This document shows, one piece after another, positions 26,591 through 36,551 of a stretch of DNA of 56,706 nucleotides. The DNA is taken from IMG/VR virus record IMGVR_UViG_3300020461_000002. The stretch is one strand, 5' to 3'. Source of the DNA: an uncultured virus (IMG/VR IMGVR_UViG_3300020461_000002) (Duplodnaviria; Heunggongvirae; Uroviricota; Caudoviricetes). A program made the translations under genes and the position numbers. The number at the start of each line of letters is the position of its first letter. Position 1 is the stretch's first letter. The notes beneath the pieces were generated by a model. The model did not search any database. It was not told the DNA's origin and saw nothing but the letters and a program-made list of their open reading frames with translations.

Positions 26591-27789
26591 AAAGTTTTTT
26601 CCAATTCCTTAAAGAATCTACCGCAGTTCAGCAAGCAGCTAGAATGGGATTGCAGTCGGATGGTCATGGAGGATGGTATAAAGATGGTGAGTTTGTAGCA
26701 AAGACTGAGAAGGGTCGTCTCAAGTTCTTTAACAAGAGACAGAAGGTTGGGCAGAAAGATCCACCACAAACTGATAGAGAAAAAAGACTTTCTCAACCTT
26801 CTTCTGAACCTGTACCACAGCAAGAACCTGCTGCTGATAAACCAGTAGAGATGGTTCCTCCTGAAGTTGAAAAAACTAAAGGAACTTTGACAGTTGCATT
26901 TGGTAGATTTAATCCACCAACCACAGGACATGAAAAACTTTTAGATACAGTAGCATCATCTTCTGATGAAGGTGACTATATTATTGTACCTTCGCGCAGT
27001 CAAGATAAGAAAAAGAATCCTCTTGATCCAGATACTAAGGTTGAAATCATGAGGCAGATGTATCCTAAACATAGTGAAAGGATTGTCAATGATCCTGCAA
27101 ACCGTACAATCTTTGATGTACTGAAGAAAGCACATATGGATGGTTATGCTGGTGTGAGGATTATTGGTGGTGGTGATAGAGTTAAAGAGTTTGAGAATTT
27201 ATCTGGTAACTATAACGGAAAGCTATATCAATTTGATAATCTAGAAGTTAAGTCTGCTGGTGATCGTGATCCAGATGCAGAAGGAACCGAAGGAATGTCT
27301 GCATCGAAGCAAAGAAAGGCAGCAGCAGAAGGAGATTATGCATCATTCCGTCAGGGTGTTCCTAAGTCGATGGATGATAAAGCAGCAAAACAATTATATA
27401 AAACACTTCGTACTGCTATGCAAATCAAAGAGGGTTGGAGTCTTTGGCAGATTGCACCTAAGTTTGATTGGAAAAATCTTCGTGAAAACTTTATCCGAGA
27501 GAAAGTTTACAAGGTTGGTGATATTGTAGAGAACTTGAATACAGGTTTAGTAGGTAAGATTATTCGTAGAGGAACCAATTATCTAATCTGTGTGACAGAG
27601 GATAAGATTATGTTTAAATCTTGGATCAAAGATGTGACTGAATCCATCACTAATAGTGATGCTCCATCGGGAGTTCCTGCTGATCAAAGGTTGGTTGGTA
27701 CAGATGCTTTTAGAAAATATACTGAAACTATGGTTCCAGGAAGTAAGTGGGGGATGCAATTTATAAATAAGTATAGAAAAAAGAAGTAG
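26587..27789 (+). CDS. Cytidyltransferase-like (HxGH nucleotidyltransferase) protein
   Basis: FGRFNPPTTGHEKL, KKNPL, GDRV, SAG.RDPD, MSASK. Confidence 0.88.
   Translation: MKSFFQFLKESTAVQQAARMGLQSDGHGGWYKDGEFVAKTEKGRLKFFNKRQKVGQKDPPQTDREKRLSQPSSEPVPQQEPAADKPVEMVPPEVEKTKGTLTVAFGRFNPPTTGHEKLLDTVASSSDEGDYIIVPSRSQDKKKNPLDPDTKVEIMRQMYPKHSERIVNDPANRTIFDVLKKAHMDGYAGVRIIGGGDRVKEFENLSGNYNGKLYQFDNLEVKSAGDRDPDAEGTEGMSASKQRKAAAEGDYASFRQGVPKSMDDKAAKQLYKTLRTAMQIKEGWSLWQIAPKFDWKNLRENFIREKVYKVGDIVENLNTGLVGKIIRRGTNYLICVTEDKIMFKSWIKDVTESITNSDAPSGVPADQRLVGTDAFRKYTETMVPGSKWGMQFINKYRKKK
27762..27769 (+). promoter_or_regulatory. T4-type late promoter
   Basis: TATAAATA. Confidence 0.7.
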
Positions 27790-27803
27790 TCCAAATTTGA
27801 AAA

Positions 27804-29237
27804 ATGAGCGAAACTAAGACTCCACAGAAAGGTAGTCACGCACAAGGCGATGACAAACTTCAAAGGCAGGCATCTCAACTTGCTTATGATGTTAAGTATA
27901 AAGTGAAACAAAAACTTGGTAAGGAATCTAAAATGAGTCCTGCACAAGTAACTAAGGCATACATGTCTCAATTGGCATCCTCTCCTGCTCCATCTGCAGT
28001 TAAAGCACTTGCCAAGAAAAAACTTGTGGGTGAAGAGCATACATCTTTCATGAGAGATGCTGCTAAAGATTTAGTTTTGGAATCACTTTCCAAAGTTTTC
28101 ATTGAAGGTGTTGAAGAGAAAGTCGAAGAGGTAGTTTCTGAGGGAGATGAGAAGAAGTATAAGGTTAGAGTCACTGATAAGGCATCTGGAAATACTTACG
28201 TAACTCAGGCATCCCGTGCTAAGATTTCTGAACTGCGTGCTAATAAGAACATTTCATCTGTTGAGATGACTAGTTACGGTACTGCTATTCAAGAAAAAGG
28301 TAAGGGTAAGAAAGCAAAGAAAGATTATGATGGTGATGGTAAAGTAGAATCTGGTTCTAAGGAACATGCTGGTGCGGTTCATAATGCAATCCAACGTAAG
28401 AAGGGTGGCAAACCAGATGGACAAGACACCAGAACAGAAGAAGTAATCTTTGAAGATGATAGTGAAGAGAAGAAGGTAACTGGTAAGGGTGTTAATAATA
28501 AGACAAAAATTAAGATTATGCCAAACCTTGGCGAAGATGCTGCAGGTGAGGTAGATCAAAAGAAAGTTGCTAATCTGAAAAGACTTCAGATGAAGAAGCA
28601 ACAACTTGAGCGTCAGAGACTGCAAATGCAGAAGCAAGGTAAAGTGCCTCTCAATACTGAAGAAGCAGCAGTTGAGAAGAAAGAAGAAGATGAAAGAGCA
28701 AAACCAACTGAAATGAAATTGCTCAAAAATAAAATGAGAGCAAGAGGTGTTAAAATTGCTGGTGAGGATCCAACACCTAGGAATATGAAAACCTATGATG
28801 ATCTAGATAAAGGTGATGTTGCTGAAGGTCTAAAACAGGCTCGTGCCAACGTTGGTGCATCTAAGTGCTGGCCAGGCAAAAAAGCAAAAGGAACTAAGAT
28901 GAAGAATGGTAGAGAAGTTCCTAATTGTGTTCCAGAAGAGAAGGAACTTGAAGAGCGTACTCGCTATGCTAAAGAGACGGGTAAGGACTTTAGCACTGGA
29001 AAACCATCCGAAAAGGGTGGCACCAGAAAAGGAGGAAGTACTTTTGATAGAGTAAAAGGAGAACTACGTAAAACTGGTGGTGTTATTTCTGATAGAGGTA
29101 AAGCAATTCAACCTCAAGGAAAGAAAAAAGTAAAGGGTGCCAAGGGTTATAAAGGTGTAACTCCCGTTGATAGAATCAAAGGTAAACTCGCCAAAAAGAG
29201 AGCACCAAAACCATCTATGGGTTCAAGGTTTGACTAA
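27804..29237 (+). CDS. Lys/Glu-rich modular late protein (probable internal virion protein)
   Basis: 477 aa of charged low-complexity modules separated by xEE/xE motifs; downstream of late promoter. Confidence 0.7.
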   Translation: MSETKTPQKGSHAQGDDKLQRQASQLAYDVKYKVKQKLGKESKMSPAQVTKAYMSQLASSPAPSAVKALAKKKLVGEEHTSFMRDAAKDLVLESLSKVFIEGVEEKVEEVVSEGDEKKYKVRVTDKASGNTYVTQASRAKISELRANKNISSVEMTSYGTAIQEKGKGKKAKKDYDGDGKVESGSKEHAGAVHNAIQRKKGGKPDGQDTRTEEVIFEDDSEEKKVTGKGVNNKTKIKIMPNLGEDAAGEVDQKKVANLKRLQMKKQQLERQRLQMQKQGKVPLNTEEAAVEKKEEDERAKPTEMKLLKNKMRARGVKIAGEDPTPRNMKTYDDLDKGDVAEGLKQARANVGASKCWPGKKAKGTKMKNGREVPNCVPEEKELEERTRYAKETGKDFSTGKPSEKGGTRKGGSTFDRVKGELRKTGGVISDRGKAIQPQGKKKVKGAKGYKGVTPVDRIKGKLAKKRAPKPSMGSRFD

Positions 29238-29606
29238 ATGCCAGCAGTCTCCAAAAAACAACAAAGATTCTTCGGGATGGTTAGGGCGGCTCAAAAAGGG
29301 GAAATGGAAAATCCCTCGCCTGAGGTTGCCAAAGTTGCTTCCTCCGCCAGCATGTCCGACGTAAAGAAATTTGCAAAGACAAAACATAAAGGTCTTCCTG
29401 AGAAGAAAGTTTCAAAGGAAGAGACTAAGTATGATAGGTACGACAAAGAGAAGAAGAGTTTTGCTAAAGCAGATAAAAAAATGAAGCATGGTAAAAACTG
29501 GAAACAGTTTACCAAAGATGTTGATGCAGCAAAGAATCGTTTGCGTAAAGGTGAAGTGAAGAAATGGGATCCTGTACAGAAAAAATACGTTTCAAATAAA
29601 AATTGA
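29238..29606 (+). CDS. Basic hypothetical protein
   Basis: MPAVSKKQQRFFGMV...KFAKTKHKGLPEK. Confidence 0.75.
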   Translation: MPAVSKKQQRFFGMVRAAQKGEMENPSPEVAKVASSASMSDVKKFAKTKHKGLPEKKVSKEETKYDRYDKEKKSFAKADKKMKHGKNWKQFTKDVDAAKNRLRKGEVKKWDPVQKKYVSNKN

Positions 29607-29638
29607 TTCTATATAGACTGTAGATGTAAAGGTTTATC

Positions 29639-29839
29639 ATGTTAGCATTTTTACTCCCACTAGCGTCAAAAATTATTTCCGATGCAGTTGCAAAAATTCC
29701 AGAAAACGAAGAACTTGGTGAGAAGTTGGTTGAGATCTGTCTTGTTATCTTGGGTAAAGCGGTTAAGCTGACCAAGACTGATATGGATGATCAACTACTA
29801 GAAGTTGTCAAGAAAGCAATGGTAAAAAGAGAAGAGTGA
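29639..29839 (+). CDS. Conserved hypothetical protein
   Basis: MLAFLLPLASKII...TKTDMDDQL. Confidence 0.75.
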   Translation: MLAFLLPLASKIISDAVAKIPENEELGEKLVEICLVILGKAVKLTKTDMDDQLLEVVKKAMVKREE

Positions 29840-29843
29840 TATG

Positions 29844-29877
29844 TGGGCGACTTAGCGGTCGCCTATTTTTATAAATA
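29844..29877 (+). terminator. Terminator followed by late promoter TATAAATA (29870-29877)
   Basis: TGGGCGAC/GTCGCCTA stem plus T run. Confidence 0.7.
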
Positions 29878-29909
29878 TCTTTATAAAGAAATTAATTACA
29901 GGTAAAAAA

Positions 29910-30413
29910 ATGACTCTTTGGGGAAACAAAGATACTGTATATTCGACAGGTAATGTCACCACAATTTCTGCTGCTGGTGTAATTACTGGAAATGGCACTA
30001 CCTGGAATTCAGGTAATGGTGTTGTTCCTGGTTTAGTTATTACTCTTGGTGCATATGGAAGTGGTGTTATTAAATCCGTCGACTCTACAACTCAAATCAC
30101 AGTTGATAATCCTTCAGGTTTAACAGCAGCTTCTGGTTTGACTCAGGCATATAATATTGATGAATCTCCAGTATATCTTCCAGGAGATACAAACTGGGAT
30201 GGAAATGAAATTTATGGTGTAGATGCAACTGAGGTTTCAGTTGCTAATGCTGCATCTGGAGAAGCACGTTTATATGCTCCACCACATTCTGGTTGGGTTG
30301 GCGTGACTACATATGTTGACGGGCATGGAACTCTTAGAGTTAAGAGTGAAGTATTTGTCGCAGGTGGAATTACTGCTGATGCAGGAGATGACACCAAGTA
30401 CCCAGATAGTTGA
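29910..30413 (+). CDS. Probable virion structural protein
   Basis: MTLWG..D, G/T/S-rich beta protein, HSGWV...RVKSEV; late promoter. Confidence 0.7.
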   Translation: MTLWGNKDTVYSTGNVTTISAAGVITGNGTTWNSGNGVVPGLVITLGAYGSGVIKSVDSTTQITVDNPSGLTAASGLTQAYNIDESPVYLPGDTNWDGNEIYGVDATEVSVANAASGEARLYAPPHSGWVGVTTYVDGHGTLRVKSEVFVAGGITADAGDDTKYPDS

Positions 30414-30423
30414 TATGTAATTT

Positions 30424-30798
30424 ATGAGATTTGATGAATTGAATGAGAGTAATTATCTACTTTTTGCTATAAAATTTTACGATAATCCTCAAGCTGTTAC
30501 TAAAGAAGATTTTGATGATGATTTGAAAAAGATCAAATATATCAAAAGACTTTTAAAAAGATATAAAACCTCAGGTGAATTGAAGATCCATTTGATTTTG
30601 AATCATCTGACAGTTTTGTTTAATGTCTTTAATGATGCAGCAGTTCCTTTATTATTTTACAATTTAGAATATGAATACTGGAGTTGTATAAAAAGTTTTC
30701 TTATATTTTTAGAGAGGATACCTGAGTATCCAACATCCAATACTTTGGGTGAAATTCAACATGATGAATATTGTTTAGAACAATTACATAAACTATAA
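30424..30798 (+). CDS. Conserved T4-like hypothetical protein
   Basis: FAIKFYDNP...IKYIKRLL...LILNH...NVF. Confidence 0.8.
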   Translation: MRFDELNESNYLLFAIKFYDNPQAVTKEDFDDDLKKIKYIKRLLKRYKTSGELKIHLILNHLTVLFNVFNDAAVPLLFYNLEYEYWSCIKSFLIFLERIPEYPTSNTLGEIQHDEYCLEQLHKL

Positions 30799-30974
30799 TG
30801 GATATCGATAGGATTATTAAAATTATAAGAAACCTAAAGGAAGAAGCAGTGCCTACAAATAATGTTGGTGGTGGTAATATAGCAGGCACATCTGAGGCAG
30901 GAGATAATCCTCCAGTCAAGAAAAAGAAAAAGAGATATATCTATCAAAGAAACACACGTAAAAATTGGATGTAA
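30798..30974 (+). CDS. Small hypothetical protein (58 aa, not in ORF track)
   Basis: MDIDRII...LKEEAVPTNNVGGGNIAG...PPVKKKKKR; TAATG coupling. Confidence 0.65.
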   Translation: MDIDRIIKIIRNLKEEAVPTNNVGGGNIAGTSEAGDNPPVKKKKKRYIYQRNTRKNWM

Positions 30975-30977
30975 ACA

Positions 30978-31358
30978 ATGGCCTTTGGTCTAGGAAAATT
31001 AGCAGTGTTGGAATCCAAACTTGATATATATGAGGACTTATCCAAGGAGATGTTGGATAAGTTGGAGCGTGCAGTTTCAACTATATCTGAAAATAATAAT
31101 AAAGTTGCAATTATTTTGGAAAGACATGAGAATCGTCTTGAAGAAGGTGAACGTGTTAATGAGGCACTCATGAAACTAATTGAAAAAATAGAAGAAAAGA
31201 TTGATAAGGTAGAAGATAGGGTTAATCAATTATCTAGATTCCGTTGGGTAACTGTTGGTGTTGCAGTTGCTGCTGTGACAGTTTTGAGAGCGCCTCAAAT
31301 TTTTCAAGGGTTCTTGACTCCACCGGCACAAGAGGTTATAATAAGAGAAACAAAGTAG
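30978..31358 (+). CDS. Coiled-coil protein with C-terminal transmembrane segment
   Basis: Heptad-rich body, RWVTVGVAVAAVTVL. Confidence 0.75.
   Translation: MAFGLGKLAVLESKLDIYEDLSKEMLDKLERAVSTISENNNKVAIILERHENRLEEGERVNEALMKLIEKIEEKIDKVEDRVNQLSRFRWVTVGVAVAAVTVLRAPQIFQGFLTPPAQEVIIRETK
31314..31342 (+). promoter_or_regulatory. Sigma70-type promoter for primase-nrdAB
   Basis: TTGACT-N17-TATAAT. Confidence 0.75.
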
Positions 31359-31367
31359 TGCCTCTTA

Positions 31368-32339
31368 ATGGATCTGATTGATTCCAAGTATATTGGTATA
31401 GTTTCTTCCAGATTACAAAAATTTAAAAAGGTTAAAAACAATCTTTATACCTTCCGTTGTCCTATCTGTGGTGATTCTCAGAAGAACAAGAATAAGACGC
31501 GGGGGTATTTTTATATGGTAAAAAATAATACCAACTTCAAGTGTCATAACTGTGGTGCCAGCATGTCACTTAATAATTTTATTAAGAAGATTGATACTAC
31601 TGTGCATAAACAATATACTCTTGAAAAGTTTAAGGAGGGTCATACTGGTAAAAACTTTGTAGTAGAAGAACCAAAGTTTGAATTTACCAAACCAGTCTTT
31701 CGCAAATCTATTGATCTTCCCAAAGCATCTGAGATTCCTGGACCAAAAGAATATCTTGATAGTAGGAAATTAGATCCTGATAAGTTTTATTATGCCCCAA
31801 AATTTAAGAAGTGGGTCAATACTCAGAAGCAAATGTTTGATAGTATCAAATATGACGAGAGTAGAATTATAATCCCACTTTATGATGAAACCAAGAATTT
31901 AATTGGATTTCAGGGCAGAGCGTTAGATGACTCACCCACTAAATATATCACCATTATGTTAGATGATGAAGCACCGAAACTTTACGGACTTGATACAATT
32001 GACACCAAAAAACCAATCTACATCGTCGAAGGACCATTCGACTCCACGTTCGTGGAAAACTCTGTTGCTATGTGCGGGTCCGATGTTGATATTGGGTCGT
32101 TTAATTGGAGCGATTATATTTGGATTCTTGATAATGAACCACGCAACAGAGAAATCGTCAACCGAGTCGACAAACTCATCGATGGTGGAAATAAGGTAGT
32201 CATCTGGCCATCCAATATTATAGAGAAAGATATCAATGATATGATTATCTCTGGACACAATATCATGAATGTGCTAAAATCAAATACATATTCTGGTCTA
32301 TCTGCAAAAATTAAATTTAACACTTGGAAAAAAATATGA
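31368..32339 (+). CDS. gp61: DNA primase
   Basis: CPICGDS, CHNC zinc finger; TOPRIM VEGPFDS, DNEPRN, KDIND. Confidence 0.96.
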   Translation: MDLIDSKYIGIVSSRLQKFKKVKNNLYTFRCPICGDSQKNKNKTRGYFYMVKNNTNFKCHNCGASMSLNNFIKKIDTTVHKQYTLEKFKEGHTGKNFVVEEPKFEFTKPVFRKSIDLPKASEIPGPKEYLDSRKLDPDKFYYAPKFKKWVNTQKQMFDSIKYDESRIIIPLYDETKNLIGFQGRALDDSPTKYITIMLDDEAPKLYGLDTIDTKKPIYIVEGPFDSTFVENSVAMCGSDVDIGSFNWSDYIWILDNEPRNREIVNRVDKLIDGGNKVVIWPSNIIEKDINDMIISGHNIMNVLKSNTYSGLSAKIKFNTWKKI

Positions 32340-34633
32340 GCAACGGGACAAAGGTCGTTAAGAGAAATGGAAATACAGAACCTCTTGACTTGAATAAACT
32401 CCATGTAATGGTGGAAGAAGCATGTAAAGATCTTGCAGGTGTTTCTGCTTCGCAGGTTGAAATGCAATCTGGTATTCAGTTCTATGATGGAATCACAACT
32501 GCAGAGATCCAGGAGATCCTCATTCGCTCTGCAAGCGATCTAATTGATTTGGACCACCCCAACTATCAGTTTGTGGCAGCACGTTTACTCCTGTTCGCTA
32601 CACGCAAGCAACTGTATGGTCGTATGCATGAAACACCTTCTGTACGAGAACATGTACAAACGTGTGTTGATATGGGAGTTTACGATGAAGAAATCCTAAA
32701 TCTTTATAGCGATGAAGAGTTTGATAAACTTGAATCATTTGTTGATCATCAGCGTGATTACCTGTTTACCTATGCAGGATTGCGCCAGGTAGTTGACAAG
32801 TATTTGGTTCAAGATCGCAGCACTGGTGCTCTATATGAGACACCACAATTTATGTACCTATTGATTGCAGCAACGATCTTTTCAAAGTACCCCAAAGGAA
32901 CACGTTTAGAATACGTAAGGAAGTACTACGATGCAATCTCCAGACACAAAATCAACATTCCAACGCCTATCATGGCAGGAGTGCGAACACCACTTCGACA
33001 ATATGCTAGTTGTGTTCTTGTTGATGTTGATGACACCCTCGATAGCATCTTTAGTTCTGATATGGCTATCGGCAGATATGTTGCACAAAGGGCGGGAATC
33101 GGTATCAACGCAGGTCGAATCCGTGGCATCAACAGTAAAATCAGAGGCGGAGAAGTTCAACACACAGGTGTTGTTCCTTTCCTTAAAAAGTTTGAGTCAA
33201 CTGTCCGCTGCTGTACACAGAATGGAATACGCGGTGGCTCAGCAACTGTCCACTTCCCAATCTGGCACCAAGAAATCGAAGACATTTTAGTTCTAAAGAA
33301 CAACAAAGGTACAGAAGACAATCGCGTAAGAAAACTTGATTACTCTATCCAAATCTCGAAAATCTTTTACGAAAGGTTTATCCAAAACAAAGAAATCTCC
33401 CTCTTCAGCCCTCACGATGTTCCAGGTCTGTATGATGCTTTTGGCACTGATGAGTTTGATGACCTCTATGTGGGCTATGAATCTGATGGATCTATTCCTC
33501 GCAAAACTATCGGTGCTCAAGAATTATTTCTGGACCTCTTGAAAGAACGGGCAGAAACTGGTAGACTGTACATCATGAATATAGATCATTGCAATTCTCA
33601 CTCATCCTTTACGGATAAGGTTGAGATGAGCAATCTATGTCAGGAGATCACTCTTCCTACTAAACCACTTCAACATATTGACGATGAAACTGGAGAAATT
33701 GCTCTCTGTATCCTTAGTGCTGTTAATGTTGGGAAAATTAGGGATCTGGAAGATCTTGAAGTTCTCTGTGATCTTGCTGTTAGGGCTCTCGATGAACTTA
33801 TTGATTTTCAGAACTACCCAATCCGAGCAGCAGAAATTGCCACAAGAGCACGACGTTCGCTTGGAATAGGTTATATTGGATTAGCACACTACCTTGCTAA
33901 GCATGGTGTAAACTACGCCGACAGTGAGGCGTGGAAACTGGTTCATAACCTAACGGAAGCATTCCAATATTATCTCATTAAATCAACTGTTGACCTAGCA
34001 GAAGAGAAAGGTGCTTGTGAGTATAGTGGCCGAACCAAATACGGAAATGGAATTCTTCCAATTGATACATATAAACATGATGTAGATGAAATAGTTCCAA
34101 ATGAGCTTCACTATGATTGGGAGGATCTTAGACTTCGGGTTAAAAAGCACGGAGTACGGAACTCAACATTGTCTGCACAAATGCCATCGGAAAGCAGTTC
34201 CGTTGTGTCAAACGCAACAAATGGCATCGAACCACCTAGAGGGTATTTGTCCGTTAAGAAAAGCAAGAAAGGACCACTCAAACAGATTGTTCCTCAATAC
34301 GCAACTCTTAAAAACAATTATACTCTCCTTTGGGATATGGAGTCCAATCGTGGTTATATTAATATTGTTGCTGTAATGCAGAAGTTCTTTGACCAAGCAA
34401 TCAGTGGCAATTGGAGTTATAATCCAACTCAGTATCCAGATAACGAAGTACCTGTATCTGTAATGGCACAGGATCTTCTAACTACATATAAGTATGGTTG
34501 GAAGACTTCTTATTATCAGAACACATATGATTTCAAGAGTGATGAAGTTGAAGAAACTAAAGAATCTCTTGAAAGTTTAATATTTCAACTAGAACACGCA
34601 GAGGAGGAAGATTGTGAGTCTTGTAAGATTTAA
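32336..34633 (+). CDS. nrdA: Ribonucleotide reductase class Ia alpha subunit
   Basis: ATP cone VVKRNG, PTPIM, SCVL, SNLCQE, MPSESSS, TSYY, C-terminal CESC. Confidence 0.97.
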   Translation: MSNGTKVVKRNGNTEPLDLNKLHVMVEEACKDLAGVSASQVEMQSGIQFYDGITTAEIQEILIRSASDLIDLDHPNYQFVAARLLLFATRKQLYGRMHETPSVREHVQTCVDMGVYDEEILNLYSDEEFDKLESFVDHQRDYLFTYAGLRQVVDKYLVQDRSTGALYETPQFMYLLIAATIFSKYPKGTRLEYVRKYYDAISRHKINIPTPIMAGVRTPLRQYASCVLVDVDDTLDSIFSSDMAIGRYVAQRAGIGINAGRIRGINSKIRGGEVQHTGVVPFLKKFESTVRCCTQNGIRGGSATVHFPIWHQEIEDILVLKNNKGTEDNRVRKLDYSIQISKIFYERFIQNKEISLFSPHDVPGLYDAFGTDEFDDLYVGYESDGSIPRKTIGAQELFLDLLKERAETGRLYIMNIDHCNSHSSFTDKVEMSNLCQEITLPTKPLQHIDDETGEIALCILSAVNVGKIRDLEDLEVLCDLAVRALDELIDFQNYPIRAAEIATRARRSLGIGYIGLAHYLAKHGVNYADSEAWKLVHNLTEAFQYYLIKSTVDLAEEKGACEYSGRTKYGNGILPIDTYKHDVDEIVPNELHYDWEDLRLRVKKHGVRNSTLSAQMPSESSSVVSNATNGIEPPRGYLSVKKSKKGPLKQIVPQYATLKNNYTLLWDMESNRGYINIVAVMQKFFDQAISGNWSYNPTQYPDNEVPVSVMAQDLLTTYKYGWKTSYYQNTYDFKSDEVEETKESLESLIFQLEHAEEEDCESCKI

Positions 34634-35798
34634 GACAAACAGCGAAGAGAAATCCATGGTAACATCCATGACCGTATTCAACTCGGAATTAGTTGATACA
34701 AAAAAACAACCAATGTTTCTTGGTAAACCACTAGGCATCCAAAGATATGATTCTTACAAGTATCCAGTTTTCGATAAGTTAACAACGCAACAATTAGGTT
34801 ACTTCTGGAGACCCGAAGAGGTTTCTCTCCAGAAGGATCGTGCAGATTATCAAACACTACGTCCTGAACAGAAACATATCTTTACTTCTAACTTGAAGTA
34901 TCAGATCATGCTTGATTCTGTTCAGGGTCGTGGTCCTGGTATGGCTTTCATTCCTTACTGCTCTCTTCCAGAATTGGAGGCATGTATGGAGGTTTGGGGA
35001 TTTATGGAGATGATTCATAGTCGCTCCTACACCCATATCATCAAGAATGTGTACTCAGATCCTTCTGATGTATTTGATCACATTCTTACAGATGATCGCA
35101 TCGTAGAGCGTGCTACCAGTGTCACTGAGGCATATAATGATTTTGTCAATAGTGCCCATCAATGGGATACTGGAGGTATGTGGTCTGATGATTTTAGAGG
35201 TTCTCCTACAGCAGAATGGGAAAGAAAAGATCTGAAACGTAAACTTTTTAGGGCAGTTGCTAATGTTAACATACTGGAAGGAATCCGTTTTTATGTTTCT
35301 TTTGCTTGCAGTTTTGCTTTTGGTGAACTTAAACTCATGGAAGGTTCTGCAAAAATTATCTCCCTTATTGCTAGAGATGAAAATCAACACCTCGCCATCA
35401 CCCAAAACATCCTGAACAAGTGGAAGCAAGGTGATGATCCTGAGATGCAACAGATTATGCAAGAAGAGCAACAATGGTTGATTAGTGCTTTTGAAAACTG
35501 TGTCAATCAAGAGAAACTTTGGGCAGAGTATCTATTCAAAGATGGATCTATGATTGGTCTTAATGATAAATTGTTACAACAGTATGTTGAATGGATTGCA
35601 AACCGTAGAATGAAGGCAATTGGATTGAAACCAATATATGATATTCCTGCGAAAAATAATCCACTCCCTTGGACAGAACACTGGATATCTTCTAAGGGTC
35701 TTCAAGTTGCACCACAAGAAACAGAAGTCGAGTCGTACATCGTTGGAGGCATTAAGCAAGATGTCAGATCAGATACATTCTCAGGATTCTCCCTCTGA
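34614..35798 (+). CDS. nrdB: Ribonucleotide reductase class Ia beta subunit
   Basis: FWRPEE, EMIHSRSY, EGIRFYVSF, RDENQH, APQETEVESY. Confidence 0.97.
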   Translation: MSLVRFKTNSEEKSMVTSMTVFNSELVDTKKQPMFLGKPLGIQRYDSYKYPVFDKLTTQQLGYFWRPEEVSLQKDRADYQTLRPEQKHIFTSNLKYQIMLDSVQGRGPGMAFIPYCSLPELEACMEVWGFMEMIHSRSYTHIIKNVYSDPSDVFDHILTDDRIVERATSVTEAYNDFVNSAHQWDTGGMWSDDFRGSPTAEWERKDLKRKLFRAVANVNILEGIRFYVSFACSFAFGELKLMEGSAKIISLIARDENQHLAITQNILNKWKQGDDPEMQQIMQEEQQWLISAFENCVNQEKLWAEYLFKDGSMIGLNDKLLQQYVEWIANRRMKAIGLKPIYDIPAKNNPLPWTEHWISSKGLQVAPQETEVESYIVGGIKQDVRSDTFSGFSL

Positions 35799-35976
35799 TT
35801 TTAAAGAGGTATGGATGGAGATGGAAAAGATAGAACCTCTTACACCTTCTCCATCTAAAAAAGAAATAGATGCATCATTAGAAGCATATAGAGAAGCAGC
35901 AAAATCTGATGCTTATATGTTTGGCGAATACGATGCTTATGAAGCATATAAAGATCGTGGGGATATCCCAGATTAG
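35761..35976 (+). CDS. Hypothetical protein
   Basis: ORF overlapping nrdB end, followed by terminator. Confidence 0.5.
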   Translation: MSDQIHSQDSPSDFKEVWMEMEKIEPLTPSPSKKEIDASLEAYREAAKSDAYMFGEYDAYEAYKDRGDIPD

Positions 35977-35978
35977 AT

Positions 35979-36011
35979 AGAGGGTCTTCGGACCCTCTTT
36001 TTTTATAAATA
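35979..36011 (+). terminator. Rho-independent terminator (cUUCGg loop) followed by late promoter TATAAATA (36004-36011)
   Basis: AGAGGGTC-TTCG-GACCCTCT plus T run. Confidence 0.9.
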
Positions 36012-36036
36012 TTTTCAGAAACTATGTGCAAAGATC

Positions 36037-36456
36037 ATGTCAGGAAAGGGTTTAGTTGACGCATATCTAAACATCTATGAAGCAGATATGACTGGTGCTC
36101 CTTCAATCAAGGATGCAAAACCAGAAAAGAAAACTAAGGTTAAGTATGATCCTCATATGAAGGTGATGGCACCTCAGGTTAAGGAAGATCTAGAGGCGTC
36201 TGGTAAGTTCTCTGAGAAGGAAATAGAGGCGATTCTAGAGGCATTAGAGGGCGTTGAGGAAGCAATGAGTTCTTATGATCGCAACCGTAAAAGAGCAGCA
36301 CAAAGAGCAGCAGATAGAAATGCTGCCAGAGCTGCTGGCAAAACTGGTGTAGTTCCTGGAGTTGGTTATGTATCTCCTAGAAAAGAAAGAGAGACATACG
36401 TTGATTCAGCAGGCACTACCAGACATAAGTCTGGAGCAAAGATGCCAAAGGACTGA
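36037..36456 (+). CDS. Modular late protein (possible internal virion protein)
   Basis: Own late promoter and terminator; charged modules joined by YEA/KED/EEA. Confidence 0.7.
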   Translation: MSGKGLVDAYLNIYEADMTGAPSIKDAKPEKKTKVKYDPHMKVMAPQVKEDLEASGKFSEKEIEAILEALEGVEEAMSSYDRNRKRAAQRAADRNAARAAGKTGVVPGVGYVSPRKERETYVDSAGTTRHKSGAKMPKD

Positions 36457-36466
36457 CATAATTCTT

Positions 36467-36503
36467 GAGAGGGCTTGACACCCTCTCTTTTTTTGTCTAG
36501 AAT
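36467..36503 (+). promoter_or_regulatory. Terminator hairpin with the -35 hexamer in its loop
   Basis: GAGAGGG-CTTGACA-CCCTCTC-T7; TTGACA-N17-TAGAAT. Confidence 0.8.
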
Positions 36504-36551
36504 ATCTTTGTTAAGGTTCAGGATAAATAATAGCTCATATAATACATTAGT

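Noticed and set aside
16632..35798. Introns or inteins in gp43, uvsX, gp41, nrdA, nrdB
   Set aside because: All are continuous ORFs of normal length with no splice or intein motifs.
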